Shown here: in pieces, positions 19,697 through 30,924 of the stretch
Layout: every line of letters begins with the position of its first letter
How positions within the stretch are numbered: the first letter of the stretch is position 1
Assembly: GCA_963706955.1 (NCBI GenBank)
Contig: CAVPOC010000003.1
Span: 608,001 to 672,000, forward strand
Length of the DNA stretch: 64,000 nucleotides
Reading direction: 5' to 3'
Source of the DNA: an uncultured Verrucomicrobiae bacterium
Lineage (GTDB): Bacteria; Verrucomicrobiota; Verrucomicrobiia; Chthoniobacterales; Terrimicrobiaceae
Notes under the pieces: model-generated
Told to the model about the DNA's origin: nothing
What the model saw: only the letters and a program-made list of their open reading frames with translations
The model's database searches: none
Program-made: the position numbers and the translations under genes

Positions 19697-20846
19697 TTAA
19701 AAATCCGGGCCGAGCTCCTCCTGCCGGATCCCGGTCCCAGGGAGAGTGAACCGAAACGTCGTGCCGACCCCTTCCATCGTTTCTACGCTCACCGTTCCAC
19801 CCTGCGCCTCAACGAAGCTTTTCACGATGGCTAGTCCGAGCCCTGTTCCCCCTTGTTTCTGAGGATCGGTTTCGAGTTTCTTAAAGATATTGTCGAGGCG
19901 GTCTTTTGGAATGCCGGATCCATCATCACTCACCAGGCATTCGATGGAGCCAGCCGGATCAACTTCGCGCGCCTCGATGACCACCTCGCCGCGGGGCGTA
20001 TAGGTGATGGCATTCGCAAGCAAATTTTGAAAAATACGCCTGAGCAAGCTCGCGTCCGCATAAATTAGCAAATCGTGCGAAATTCTGTTGAATACCTTCG
20101 TTCCGGCGGTGTCGGCGACAGGTCTTATATCCTGAATGACCGACTCGACGAGCGGCCAGAGATCAAACAGTCCGGCGCTCCAACTGCATGCCCATTTCGG
20201 TTTGCACATGCGCGCTCTCTTTGAGGACCTTTTCAATGAGCGACTCCAAGTGGCGCACGTTGCGGCGCAGCATGCTCAAGATACGTTCCGCGTTCGCGCC
20301 CGTTCGGCTAGTTGCCGTTTCGAGTTCAAGAATACTGGTCGCCAGCGCAATAGCGTTCAATGGCGTGCGCAGGTCGTGCGTTACAAAAGCCAAATATTCG
20401 TCACGGCGCCTCTGCACCTCGAGCGCCTGTTGCGTGGCAAAGGTCTGGATGGCGAGCCCGATCGCCTCATCCAACACGCGATTTAAGATGTGAAATGCCT
20501 TACCAGACAGACTAAGTCCGTTGTTATCCGCCAAGTCGTGGATGCAACCGCGGAGAATATTGTATTCGGAAACCACCTCGACAATGTCAAAGCCATGCTC
20601 GTAACGTTCGAGCCCGTGGAGGGGCGGACTTCCTTCGACGAGAGCCTCGGCAATTGTTTGGTCGGCGACGTTTCGGAGCGCCGCCGCCAGTTCATCGAGC
20701 AGGGCGGGAACATGATCGTTCAGCGTCGGAACATCGAGGTGCTTTGCTGACGGGAGCTGGCGGACCTGCTCCCTCCACCACGCAAGCAATATTTCCCGCT
20801 CGCTCAGGATGAGGTCCGCAAGTCGATCGAGGTTTTGAATGCTCAT
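19697..20846 (-). CDS. Soluble sensor histidine kinase with an N-terminal RsbRD-like helical domain (indel at ~20180)
   Basis: H-box HDLRTPL; N-box NLLANA; G boxes DDGSGI and GTGLGL; no TM segment. Confidence 0.88.
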
Positions 20847-20872
20847 GACGCCTACTCGGAGCTGCCTAGTTG

Positions 20873-21457
20873 TCAGCCGGGTTCGCTCCCGATCTTCAGG
20901 TGATATTTCACAACGGCCGCGATCGAGAAATCCGAGAAGAAGATGCGAAAGCCCGGTCCTTGTGGTGCCGCGCACATCACTCCTACCTGGAGGTCTCCCG
21001 AGCCGCGAAGATAAGCCGTCCTCAGCATGGAGAAATTGTCGGCGTCGAGCGAATAAAAGACCTCGAAACTCGATCCCTGCTTCTTGATTCGGAACCACAC
21101 ATCCTTAGGATTCATCGCCAGCGAGGTCACCGACCAGTCGGAGTATTCATTTGTCACCACGACACTGGCCTGCTGAACGCCCTCGACGTACTCAATGCCG
21201 CACTTGGTCCAATATTCTTCGGACGTTCGTAACATTAAACCGCCTTGGTCGTAGAGCGATGCATACTCGCCACGAAGGCGAACCTGGACGGAAAAATCGC
21301 CTGGAACCGATTGGAAGAAGAAGTGACCAGAATCATGGGTGAAGCCGTAGTGCGTCTTTCGCCAGAAGTCGGTATTGGGCGATACTTCTACCGACAGTTC
21401 ATCTCCGCGAACGTCCCACCCAACGGGCTCATTAAGCCAACGGAAAGTTTCCCACAT
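20873..21457 (-). CDS. DUF1349 family protein (concanavalin-like fold)
   Basis: TDFWRKTHYGF, YDQGGL, KCGIEY, SDWS and VGVMCAAP motifs. Confidence 0.85.
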   Translation of the reverse strand: MWETFRWLNEPVGWDVRGDELSVEVSPNTDFWRKTHYGFTHDSGHFFFQSVPGDFSVQVRLRGEYASLYDQGGLMLRTSEEYWTKCGIEYVEGVQQASVVVTNEYSDWSVTSLAMNPKDVWFRIKKQGSSFEVFYSLDADNFSMLRTAYLRGSGDLQVGVMCAAPQGPGFRIFFSDFSIAAVVKYHLKIGSEPG

Positions 21458-21489
21458 AACGTAAATCTGTTAAATATTAGCTACCTCGC

Positions 21490-22096
21490 TCACCGCACGA
21501 GCGGCGAGGCTTCTCCCCAGCGTGCGGCAAAGACGAACTCAGCGAGCCGCTTTCGCTTCCTGGGCGTTAAGTCGCGTTCCTTGAGCTCTTCGGACAACTT
21601 GGCAGGGTCGCCTCGATAGCCGATGGCCATCGCTGTCCATGCTTCGGACTGCTCGGGGATGCTGTAGATCTCGCGGGCCTTATCCGGTTCAATGCCGATC
21701 ATCTGATGAACGGAGAGACCTCTCGAGGTCGCTTCGAGGACCAGGTTTTCCGCCGCAAGGCCAAGATCGTGAACGGCAGCTCGATTTTCCTTGTTGTTGC
21801 GCGTAAATCTCAGCGTGACCACGCACAAGACGAGCACAGGTGCGGCTTTGGCCCATTCCTGGTTGGCCTCAACCAGGCACGACAAGAGCTTATTGAACTC
21901 CTCGGGTTCTTCTCTCCGCGCGACGATGATAACTCCAAGGCTGTTCGTTGTAGGAAGAGGGCGCCCAGCGCGCGGCTTCAAACAACGAACGAATATCGGC
22001 AATCGCGACGCTCCGATCCTCGAAGGCATAAGGACTCCAGCGTGCGGCCAGAAGCTCGTGAATGGGGTAATCTGTAGATGCTGTCTTTCGGTTCAT
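21490..22096 (-). CDS. Nitroreductase family protein (indels)
   Basis: RWSPYAF, WAPSSYNEQPW, HDLGLA and HQMIG motifs across frames. Confidence 0.9.
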
Positions 22097-22158
22097 AATC
22101 CAGTTGGTTCCGGTGCCTCATGGCGAATTTCAATGCCCGGTTGAGACAAACTAATCTT

Positions 22159-22577
22159 TTAAACGCTCGGAGAAGAAAGCGTGGCGGTCAGAGCTCCATA
22201 GTCCCAACAGTCCCACCCCTCGGTGATTTTGCCATCGCGGACGGTGACGAAGCTCATGCCACTGAAGGTAACTCTTTCTATTTGTCGCAGTAATTCCGAA
22301 GAAGTCGCCTTGATACGTGCCGACAACCTCCCAGTGCAGGCATGCCCGCGTGTCATCGCCGACCGATCTGAGAATACGAACTGAGAGATCAGGAAAGGCA
22401 CCAAAGAACATGTTACGGAGGCTGGGAGAACTGCGCTATCCCGCAAACCTGCGCGCCCCCGGCAAAATGCGCGACCGCATCATCTGCCATCAGCGCGTCA
22501 ATGGCACTCTTGTCACGGGCCTTCCAGACTCGCTCAAACCATTCGTTGACGATTTCTTTCGGTGTCGGTGCTTTCAT
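22159..22577 (-). CDS. SnoaL-like ester cyclase (several indels)
   Basis: WFERVW; AFPDL; GDFFGI.AT; RDGKITEGW, spread over several frames. Confidence 0.75.
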
Positions 22578-22643
22578 GGGCGTTTCGGACTGGGCGACAG
22601 CTCTTTGCGAGCTTTGCCGTTCGGCGCGGAGTGCAAAGCTTGC

Positions 22644-24020
22644 CTATGCCTTCAGCACGGCTTGGGCCAGTTGCGTCAGCGACTCTTTGGCGTCACCGTA
22701 AAGCATCGCACAATTTGGCTTAGTAAAGAGTGGATTTTCCAGACCCGAAAAGCCTTTGCCGCTACCACGTTTGAGGACGACGACTGTCTTTCGCGCGATC
22801 AACTTCGAGGATCGGCATGCCGGCAATCGGACTCGAGGAATTATCCCGGGCGTCCGGGTTGACGACGTCGTTGGCGCCGACGACCACGGCGACATCCGTC
22901 GCCGCGAAATCTGGATTGATCTGCTCGAGCTCGTAGAGTTGCGAATAGGGGATATTCGCTTCGGCGAGAAGAACGTTCATGTGGCCAGGCATTCGTCCGG
23001 CCACCGGATGAATGGCAAATTTCACCGTCACGCCCGCATCTTCCAAGGCGGTGGAAAGCTCTCTGACGGCATGTTGCGCCTGAGCGGTGGCCATCCCATA
23101 GCCGGGCACGAAGACGACCTGGCGCGCATACTTCAACTGCGGCGCAAGGTCCTCGAGATTAGCCACTCGCATCGTCCCCTCGGTGAGCACTCGTCGTGGC
23201 CTCGGACACTTTGCCAAAGGCGCCGAAGAGGACCGCGGTGATCGAGCGGTTCATCGCCCTGCACATGACGATCGAGAGAATAAGTCCCGATCCCCCATCC
23301 AAGCGTGCCCGCGATGATCAGGACATTGTTGGAAATGGCAAAGCCAATCGCCGCAGAAGCCAGGCCGGCATAGGCATTGAGCAACGCGATAACTACCGGC
23401 ATATCCGCGGAGCCAATTGGAAGCACCAGCAAGACTCCAAAGATCAGCGAGAGGACCGCCATCAAATAGAAGAGCGGCGCCGCGCCGGGATGAAAAATCA
23501 GGATGACAAAGGCCAAGAGGATCACTCCCAGGAGCGAAAGATTGAAGACGTTCTGTCCCTTGTAGGTCATTGGCCGGCCTGGCAGCATTCCCTGCAGTTT
23601 GGCAAATGCGACCAAGCTGCCGGTCGTCGTTAATGATCCCAGCAGCACGTCAAAACCCAAAGCTCCCATGGTAAATTTGCTCAGACTGGCACCGTGCAAC
23701 GAATACTCCGAAATGCCGACGAGCGCGGCGGCCAAGGCGCCGAAAGCGTGCGAAAAGGCGGTTCGCTGCGGCATCGCCGTCATCGGCACCCACAGACCGA
23801 TTCCGGTGCCGATGGCGGATCCAAGGAGCAGACCGGCGATAATCCATTCGTAGCTGACGATCTCCTGATGCATCAACGTCCCGATGATCGCCATGAGCAT
23901 CCCGAATTCGGCGAGATGCATCCCACGTCGCGCCGTCTCCGGATGACTAAGCCCGCGCAGACCGAGAATGAAGAGGATCGAGGCCAGGAAGTAGCTCGCC
24001 TCGATAAGATAGTAGCGCAT
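22644..24020 (-). CDS. pntB: NAD(P) transhydrogenase beta subunit (2 indels)
   Basis: TGSLVAFAKLQ, SADMPVVI, VPGYGM, HPVAGRMPGHMNVLLAEA, GANDVVNP and YGDAK motifs. Confidence 0.95.
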
Positions 24021-24023
24021 ACG

Positions 24024-24338
24024 TTAAGACTTCTCTTCTTCCGGCGCCGTTGTGCGCTTCTTCTTGAACATCCTGAGCATGCGGTCGGTAATAATGAAGC
24101 CGCCGACGACATTGGTCGTCGCACAAGTCACGGCAATAAAGCCCAACGTAGTGCTGAGCGTGCTATGCTGTGCCCCCGCCGCCACCAGCGAACCGACCAG
24201 CGAAATACCTGAGATCGCGTTCGTCGCTGACATCAGTGGCGTGTGCAGGAGCGAAGGAACGCGGGAAATTACTTGGTAACCTAAAAAGGCTGCCAACATG
24301 AAAAGATAGACGGTGGCAATGTAGGCTTGAGAGTTCAT
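24024..24338 (-). CDS. pntA: NAD(P) transhydrogenase alpha subunit part 2 (membrane)
   Basis: LHTPLMSATNAISG and NVVGGF..TDRML.MF motifs. Confidence 0.93.
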   Translation of the reverse strand: MNSQAYIATVYLFMLAAFLGYQVISRVPSLLHTPLMSATNAISGISLVGSLVAAGAQHSTLSTTLGFIAVTCATTNVVGGFIITDRMLRMFKKKRTTAPEEEKS

Positions 24339-25502
24339 CGTGTAGCAGCGAGTTCCTGTAGCGAAGGCAGCCCGTAGGCGCCGCGGATTGTTTCATTGCA
24401 GATTTCCCCGGCGTGCGTGACCACCGCGCGGCGCAAAATCTCTTGGGAAAGATCGAGCGCAAAGGTTTGGCTTTGCTTATCCCAGCAATGTTCAATCAGA
24501 GCGGCGAAATTGTTCGCGAGCATTTCGCTGGCGTTCGTCGCTGCGCGACTGGGCAAGATTTGTCAGGGCGACGACGTTGACGCCTCCGACATCCGAAACC
24601 TCATCGGGCTTCACCCCTTCGACATTACCGCCGGACTCGACGGCGGTATCGACGATCACGCTGCCGGCGCTCATCTGCCCAACCATCGCTGAGGTAACAA
24701 TCACGGGTGCTTTCCGACCGAATACCTGCGCCGCTGTAATCACGACGTCCGCCGACGCAACACGCTCGGCCAGCAATTCGCGTTGCTTCTGGATTTGCTC
24801 CGGGGTGAGCGGCTTGGCGTAACCGTCCGCAGTCTGGGCGACCTCACCAAGGTCCACCTTGACAAAGCGGGCTCCGAGAGATTTTACCTGTTCCTCGACC
24901 GCGGGACGGGTGTCGAAAGCTTCAACCGTGGCGCCGAGTCGTCGCGCGGTTGCGATGGCCTGCAGACCTGCCACGCCTACGCCGATGACGAATACTCGCA
25001 GCGGCTTGAGGGTGCCTGCGGGCGTTATCATCATCGGAAAAATTCGCGCGCAATAGCGTGCTGCCAGGATGACCGCAACGTAGCCGGAGAGGTTTGCCTG
25101 GGAGCTCAGTGCATCCATTTTCTGGGCTACCGTGATGCGGGGCAGCATTTCCATGCTGATTGCGCTGACCCGCGCTGCGGCGAGTCGTTCGACAAGTTGC
25201 CGTTCATTAAAAGGATCGAGAAAGCTGATCTGAATGCACCCCGGCTTGAGAAGTCCGGCCTCTTCGATCGTCGGTTTACGCACGCGCAAGACCAGGTCGG
25301 CTTCGCGCAGAGATCGCTCGCGGTCGCGTCCAATTTCGGCTCCGGCCGTCTCGTAGTCGGCATCGCGGAAAAAGCTCGATGCGCCAATGCCTTCTTCGAC
25401 TTCTACCTTTGCGCCCAACCTGATGAGCTTAGCGACGCTCGTGGGAGTAACTGGAGCACGGCGCTCGCCGGTCAGGTGTTCTTTGCAGGCAAATATCCGC
25501 AT
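24335..25502 (-). CDS. pntA: NAD(P) transhydrogenase alpha subunit part 1 (1 indel)
   Basis: PRITVAQKMDALSS, GVGVAGLQA and GGNVE motifs; the C-terminus continues in ORF 24335-24556. Confidence 0.94.
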
Positions 25503-25699
25503 CGGACAATCGAATTCGTTTTTCGGAGACTCGGTGAAACTAGACAACCCTCCGATGAGAGGGAAATCAATTTATTGAGCTCGGCGACGTCGATCGTCTC
25601 GACTTCCCGAGACGTCTTCCTGAGTGCTTCGCAAGGACCAACCTGGAGTTCTCGCGTGGACAGTTTGGAAGCCATGCCACCTTAATGGCCGAGCATTCC

Positions 25700-25728
25700 T
25701 TGACAGAGATTCGCCGGCTCATCAAATT
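25700..25728 (+). promoter_or_regulatory. Possible sigma70 promoter of the antiporter
   Basis: TTGACA-17 bp-CAAATT upstream of a GGAG RBS; the -10 is weak. Confidence 0.35.
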
Positions 25729-25758
25729 CGTTGAGCGTCGAAAGATGCAGGAGAATTC

Positions 25759-27498
25759 ATGCCACACGAAGTCGAACTAATCGCGACGATCGCGATCGGT
25801 TTCGCACTGGCATTTGCGTTCGGCTTCATAGCAATTCGTTTAGGTCTGCCTCCGTTGGTCGGCTATCTCATCGCGGGAGTGTGCATCGGCCCATCGACTC
25901 CGGGATTCGTGGCCGATCGCGAGATCGCCGGACAGCTCGCAGAGATCGGCGTGATTCTGCTCATGTTCGGCGTTGGCCTTCATTTTTCCACAGCCGACCT
26001 GATGGCGGTGCGCCGGATTGCGATTCCGGGTGCGATCGGCCAGATCATTATCGCCACGGCTATCGGCGTGGGCATGACAACACTCTGGGGCTGGAGCTTT
26101 GGAGCGGGTTTGGTCCTCGGGTTATCTCTTTCGGTCGCGAGCACCGTGGTCCTGCTCCGGGCGCTGGAGGAGCGCAACGCTATCGAGACCCCCAACGGTC
26201 GCATTGCCATTGGCTGGCTGATCGTCGAAGACCTGGCGATGGTGCTCACCTTGGTGCTCCTGCCCGCCTTCGCGGAAGCCTTCGGCGGACGCGCGGCTGA
26301 TGCAGCTCACGCCGCACCCAGGCACGGACTTGCAGCCATTCTGGGCATCACTTTTCTCAAGGTTGCGGCCTTCCTGGCGATTCTCCTGCTGATCGGTCCG
26401 CGCGTGCTTCCTTGGATGTTAAAGCAAGTGGCGCGCACTGGATCGCGCGAGCTTTTCACTCTGTGCGTTCTTGCGGTCGCTCTGGGAGTTGCCTTTGGCG
26501 CCGCGGAGCTCTTCGGCGTCTCCTTTGCCCTTGGGGCTTTTTTCGCGGGCATGGTCTTGCACGAGTCGGATTTGAGCCACAAAGCGGCGGCAAACTCGCT
26601 GCCATTGCAGGACGCATTTGCGGTCTTGTTCTTCGTCTCGGTAGGGATGCTCTTCGATCCCTTGATCATCGTCCGCGAACCGCTGATGGTTGCTGCCGTT
26701 CTACTGCTGATTGTAATTGGCAAGTCGCTCGTCGCCTTGGCGATCGTGCTGGCGTTGGGCTATCCCTTGAGCACCGCGCTCACCGTCTCCGCCTCGCTGG
26801 CTCAGATCGGCGAATTCTCCTTCATTCTCGCCGGGCTCGGCATCACCTACGGTCTGATGGAAAAAGAGGGCCTCAACCTCGTTCTGGCTGGTGCGCTCTT
26901 CTCCATCACGCTCAATCCAATGGTTTTCACGGCCGTTGACCGCGTGATTCGACGCGTGCACTCCAACCCCCAGCTGAGGAGACAATTCGAAGAGGCACGC
27001 GGTTCCCGCTTCGCGACGCTCAAGAAGATCTCGACTCCGCACGGCGGCAAGCTGAAGAAAGAGCCGCCGCCCACAAAACCTTCACGCCTGAAGAGCTGGT
27101 CGACCGCTTTCCCCTCTTCGAAGGCCTTACCCCGGAGCAGCGCGAGGTCCTTTTGCTTCACTTCGAGCCGCGCACCGCCCAGCCGGGTGAGCGAATAATT
27201 CGGACCGGCGAAAAAGCCGATGCTGTCTACTTCATTGTCGACGGCCAGGTTGAGGTCGCCGTCGGAAATCGACGAATCAAATTGGGACCCGGCGATTTCT
27301 TCGGAGAAATGGCCCTCATCAGCGGCTTGCCACGCGCCGCGGATGTCACCGCCCTGGACTATAGCAAGTTTGCCACGCTCAGCCGGCGTGACTTCCGCGA
27401 ATTTTTGGCGCGCTATCCAGCAATTCGCGCCCACGATTGCCGCCCTCGCCGGTAAGCGCCGGGAGATGAACCGCCACCTCGCAGGCGAAAATGCCTGA
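25759..27498 (+). CDS. YbaL/RosB-like CPA2 cation:proton antiporter with a C-terminal cyclic-nucleotide-binding domain (2 indels)
   Basis: LPPLVGYL, LAEIGVILLMFGVGLHFS, WLIVED and AQIGEFSF; then in the shifted frame FPLFEGL..IIRTGE..YFIVDGQV..GDFFGEMALI..PRAADV. Confidence 0.88.
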
Positions 27499-27544
27499 AA
27501 TGCCGGCCGCCCTGTGAGGTGCGCCTAGTGAGTTCTGCCGTTTA

Positions 27545-28002
27545 CGAGATCTGATAAAAAGTCTCTTCATCGAAGCGGCAGTCACTTCTGGCGACTCGGT
27601 CAGCAAACCGTGGGCGGCTTGCTTAGGACGACGAGCTGCGCCCCTGGAATGTGGTGCGCCAAGTCCGCCGACAATGAGAGGCCGCCCAAGATGTCCTCAT
27701 CTCCGACAACCACGAGCGTTGGACAATTGATCTCACGCAGGCGAGCGGATGCATCATAATTCGTGATCGCGCGACTTTGTTGATAAATTCCCGAAGCACT
27801 CGGCGGAAACGGATTCGCTAAGATTTCCTGGATGACCTCATCAATCGCTCCAGACGTTGCGTAAGATCGCGTCGTGTAGATCCACGGCAAACTCAATCGA
27901 ATGTCTGTCGCCGGATCCACGAGCTTGGGAAGATTGCCCCACAACTCGATCACCGTCCTCCCGCGCTCCTCCATCTTTGCGCAGGACGCCAAGAGGAGCA
28001 AA
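27545..28002 (-). pseudogene. 3'-half-only paralog of the alpha/beta hydrolase at 29859-30679
   Basis: High nucleotide similarity to 29885-30342; lacks the N-terminus and the GHSMG nucleophile motif. Confidence 0.8.
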
Positions 28003-28451
28003 CAATGAAAATATCCGGATGAGTCGCGAATACCTATTCAACGACAAAGACTGGTTCTCTTGTAGAGCGTGGGCAGCAAGATCGAATGCGCAAAGAGATC
28101 GCAGCGCTCGACGGAAACCGACTTGTTAACAGTGTTTGCAAAGCTGAATGACCGCCAAACGTCTCCCGGCGAGTCCTCGACCAGTTCAAAGGAGATCAGC
28201 GATTTCCCACTAGCGTGTAATTTGCTTTGCAGGCGCGTCGTATTTCAAAGATGTTCAAGCACGCCGCAGATCGAGAATTCGTAACGAGCGAATGAAGGTA
28301 GGTTCCGCCAAGTTTCATGCTGCGAGGCGTAGCCTGATTGAGGTATGCCCCCACGAAGGCTCAAAGTTGAAAAGGACGGATTGGACGTATACGACTTTTA
28401 CCGCTGCGCGAGATTCGAACCTTTGCGAGAAGGGCATATGAAGGCTTCAGA

Positions 28452-29751
28452 ATGAGGTCATCCAGTACCGGCTAACGAACCAGAGCGGCTTGCCACCGTT
28501 CGAGCACTCAATGTCCTCGATACCGCTCCCGAAATTGCCTATGATGAAATCGGGGAACTGGCGGCGGAAGCTTGCCAGTGTCCAATCGCCTATATCAGCT
28601 TTATGGACGATGATCGGCTCTGGCTCAAGGCCAAGTACGGTCTGCCGCCGGATTTCAACCAGTGCGCGCGCGAGGTCGCCTTCTGTGCGACGACAGTCTG
28701 TGGCAGCGAGATGGTCGTGTCATCGGATTTGCGGCAGGACGCGCGCTTCCGTGAAATCCCGGTTGTCACGAGCGAACCATTTTTCAGGTTCTATTGTGGC
28801 ATGCCACTCATCACCGTCGAAGGTTATGCGCTTGGGACATTGTGCGTAATGGATTTCAAACCCCGGCAGCTTACCTTTCAACAAACCGAATCGCTGCGGC
28901 GCTTATCGCATCAGGTTATGACCCAACTGGAGCTGCGCCGGCGACTGATCGAGCTCGACCAAGCCATCAAAGAATTGGTTGACGCACGGGCGGATATCGC
29001 CATGGAAAAGGCACGAACCGAGGAACTGCTCCTCAATATCCTGCCCGCCGCAATCGCCGAGGAGCTCAAGAAGAGTGGCAAGGTGCAGCCGAAGTATGTG
29101 CCTTCGGCAACGATACTGTTCGCCGACTTCAAGGCCTTTACCCTATTGGCTGAACGCACCGAGCCCAACGCGCTCATTGGGCTTCTCGACCAGTATTTCA
29201 CCACCTTCGATGAGATCGTTACCCACCATGGACTGGAGCGGCTCAAGACGATTGGCGACGCGTACATGGCCACCGCGGGCGTGCCGACATCGAGCCGTCG
29301 GCATCCTTTCGATGCTTGTTTGGCGGCGTTAGCGATGCAGGCCACCGTCGCTCAAATGAAGATACTGCGCGAGAGGATGCGATTACCGGCACTGGAGCTG
29401 CGCATCGGCATCCATACGGGACCGGTCATATCGGGAGTCGTCGGCCGGCGAAAGTTCACATTCGACATTTGGGGCGACGCCGTGAACACGGCGGCCTTGA
29501 TGGAAGCGAGCGGCGCGCCCGGCCGGATCAATGTCTCGGAAACTGTTGCCGGGCACGTCAAGACGCTGTTTGAGCTGGAGCCCCGTGGCGTTATCGAGGC
29601 CAAACACGGTCGCGGGCTCGAAATGTCATTCCTGAATCGTTTGAGGCCGGACCTGTCTGCTGATGCTGAGGGCCGCAAGCCGAATGAGAAATTCGCAGTT
29701 GAATGCACCAAATTGCTCACCGGCTTCTCTGGCTCATTGGTGGAGCCTTAG
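28452..29751 (+). CDS. GAF domain + class III adenylate/guanylate cyclase
   Basis: PVPANEPERL..NVLDT GAF lead-in (ATG 28452 needs a 1-nt correction); FADFK, KTIGDAYM, RIGIHTGP and FDIWGDAVNTA motifs. Confidence 0.9.
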
Positions 29752-29858
29752 GCAGTTGTGTGTCAACGCGCTGTTCACGACCGGATTTACTTGGCGTTAC
29801 CAAAATGGGTCTTCGCTTTTTCCGACGGGGTTAACCCGATGGCCCCAAATCCTTTGGT

Positions 29859-30679
29859 CTACCGCGACGAAAAGACCGTTTTCCAAGATCTGACAGAAAG
29901 TCCATTATCGAGGCAGCACGTGGCCTCCGCGCACTCGGTCAGCAAACCGTGGGCGGCTTGCTTGAGGACGACGAGCTGCGCCCCTGGAATGTGGTGCGCC
30001 AAGTCCGCCGACAATGGGAGGCCGCCCAAGATGTCTTCATCTCCGACAACCACGAGCGTTGGACAATTGATCTCACGCAGGCGCGCGGATGCATCATAAT
30101 TCGTGATGGCACGACTTTGCTGATAAATTCCCGAAGCACTCGGCGGAAATGGATTCGCTAAGATTTCCTTGATGACCTCATCGATCGCTCCAGGCGTTGC
30201 GTAGAAGCGCGCCGTGTAGATCCAGGGCAAACTCAATCGAATTGCCGTCGCCGGATCCAGAAGCTTAGGAAAATCGCCCCATAGCTCGATCACCGTCCTT
30301 CCACGCTCATCCATCTTTGCGCAAGAGGAGAGGAGGATCAAAGACTTGACTCGCGTCGGGGCAAGCAAGCGCCAACTCGAGCGCAATTTGCCCGCCCATC
30401 GAATGACCCGCAATGTGGACAGAATCTAGTCCAATCGCATCTAGGAGTCCGATCGTGTCTTCCGCCATTCGACCGAATGGTATACGCAGTCGCCGGGGAG
30501 GTAGATTGTCCCACGCCTCGATTGTCAAAGGTAATCAGGCGATAGTTCGAGGCGAGCAATGGGACAAGCTTGCGCCAGTTCGTGTGGTCGCAAGCAAAGC
30601 CCGCGATGAGCAGCAATGGCTCACCGGCTCCGCTCTCTTCATAGAACAACTCGATTCCGTTTGCTTGGACCTTAGGCAT
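29859..30679 (-). CDS. Alpha/beta hydrolase, PcaD-like (indels)
   Basis: DNRGVG, GHSMGG, GDED and AAH catalytic-triad motifs across frames. Confidence 0.88.
29885..30342. repeat. Second copy of a ~460-bp direct repeat (partner 27545-28002, offset ~2340 bp)
   Basis: For example ggacaattgatctcacgcagg occurs at both 27721 and 30061. Confidence 0.9.
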
Positions 30680-30781
30680 ACTCTCCGCACGATCGTAGCC
30701 GGTGTAGATGCCTGTTCCCGCCGGCAAACGCGAGCAGCAATTTGCGCGAGAAGGAACCGCGCTGAAGGCGCGATTGGTTGT

Positions 30782-30853
30782 TGTAGCGGGCCGCCCAGGC
30801 GCCTCCCCGCCGCCGGCGAAGAGCCCCCACGACGATGAGACATCGTCGCTACA
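30782..30853. repeat. GTAG-type REP inverted pair (left unit degenerate)
   Basis: TGTAGCG...CGCTACA ends; right unit on the minus strand reads GTAG-CGACGATG-TCT-CATCGTCG. Confidence 0.7.
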
Positions 30854-30924
30854 GCGCAGTCATGGACCACCGTGGCAGAGGTTCGCCGCGGGGCAAAGCG
30901 TTGCTCGGTGGCGAAGTCGTGCGC

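Noticed and set aside
28401..28430. GGTTCGAATC on the minus strand, resembling a tRNA T-loop or att site
   Set aside because: The T-stem does not pair, there is no cloverleaf or CCA, and no integrase is nearby.
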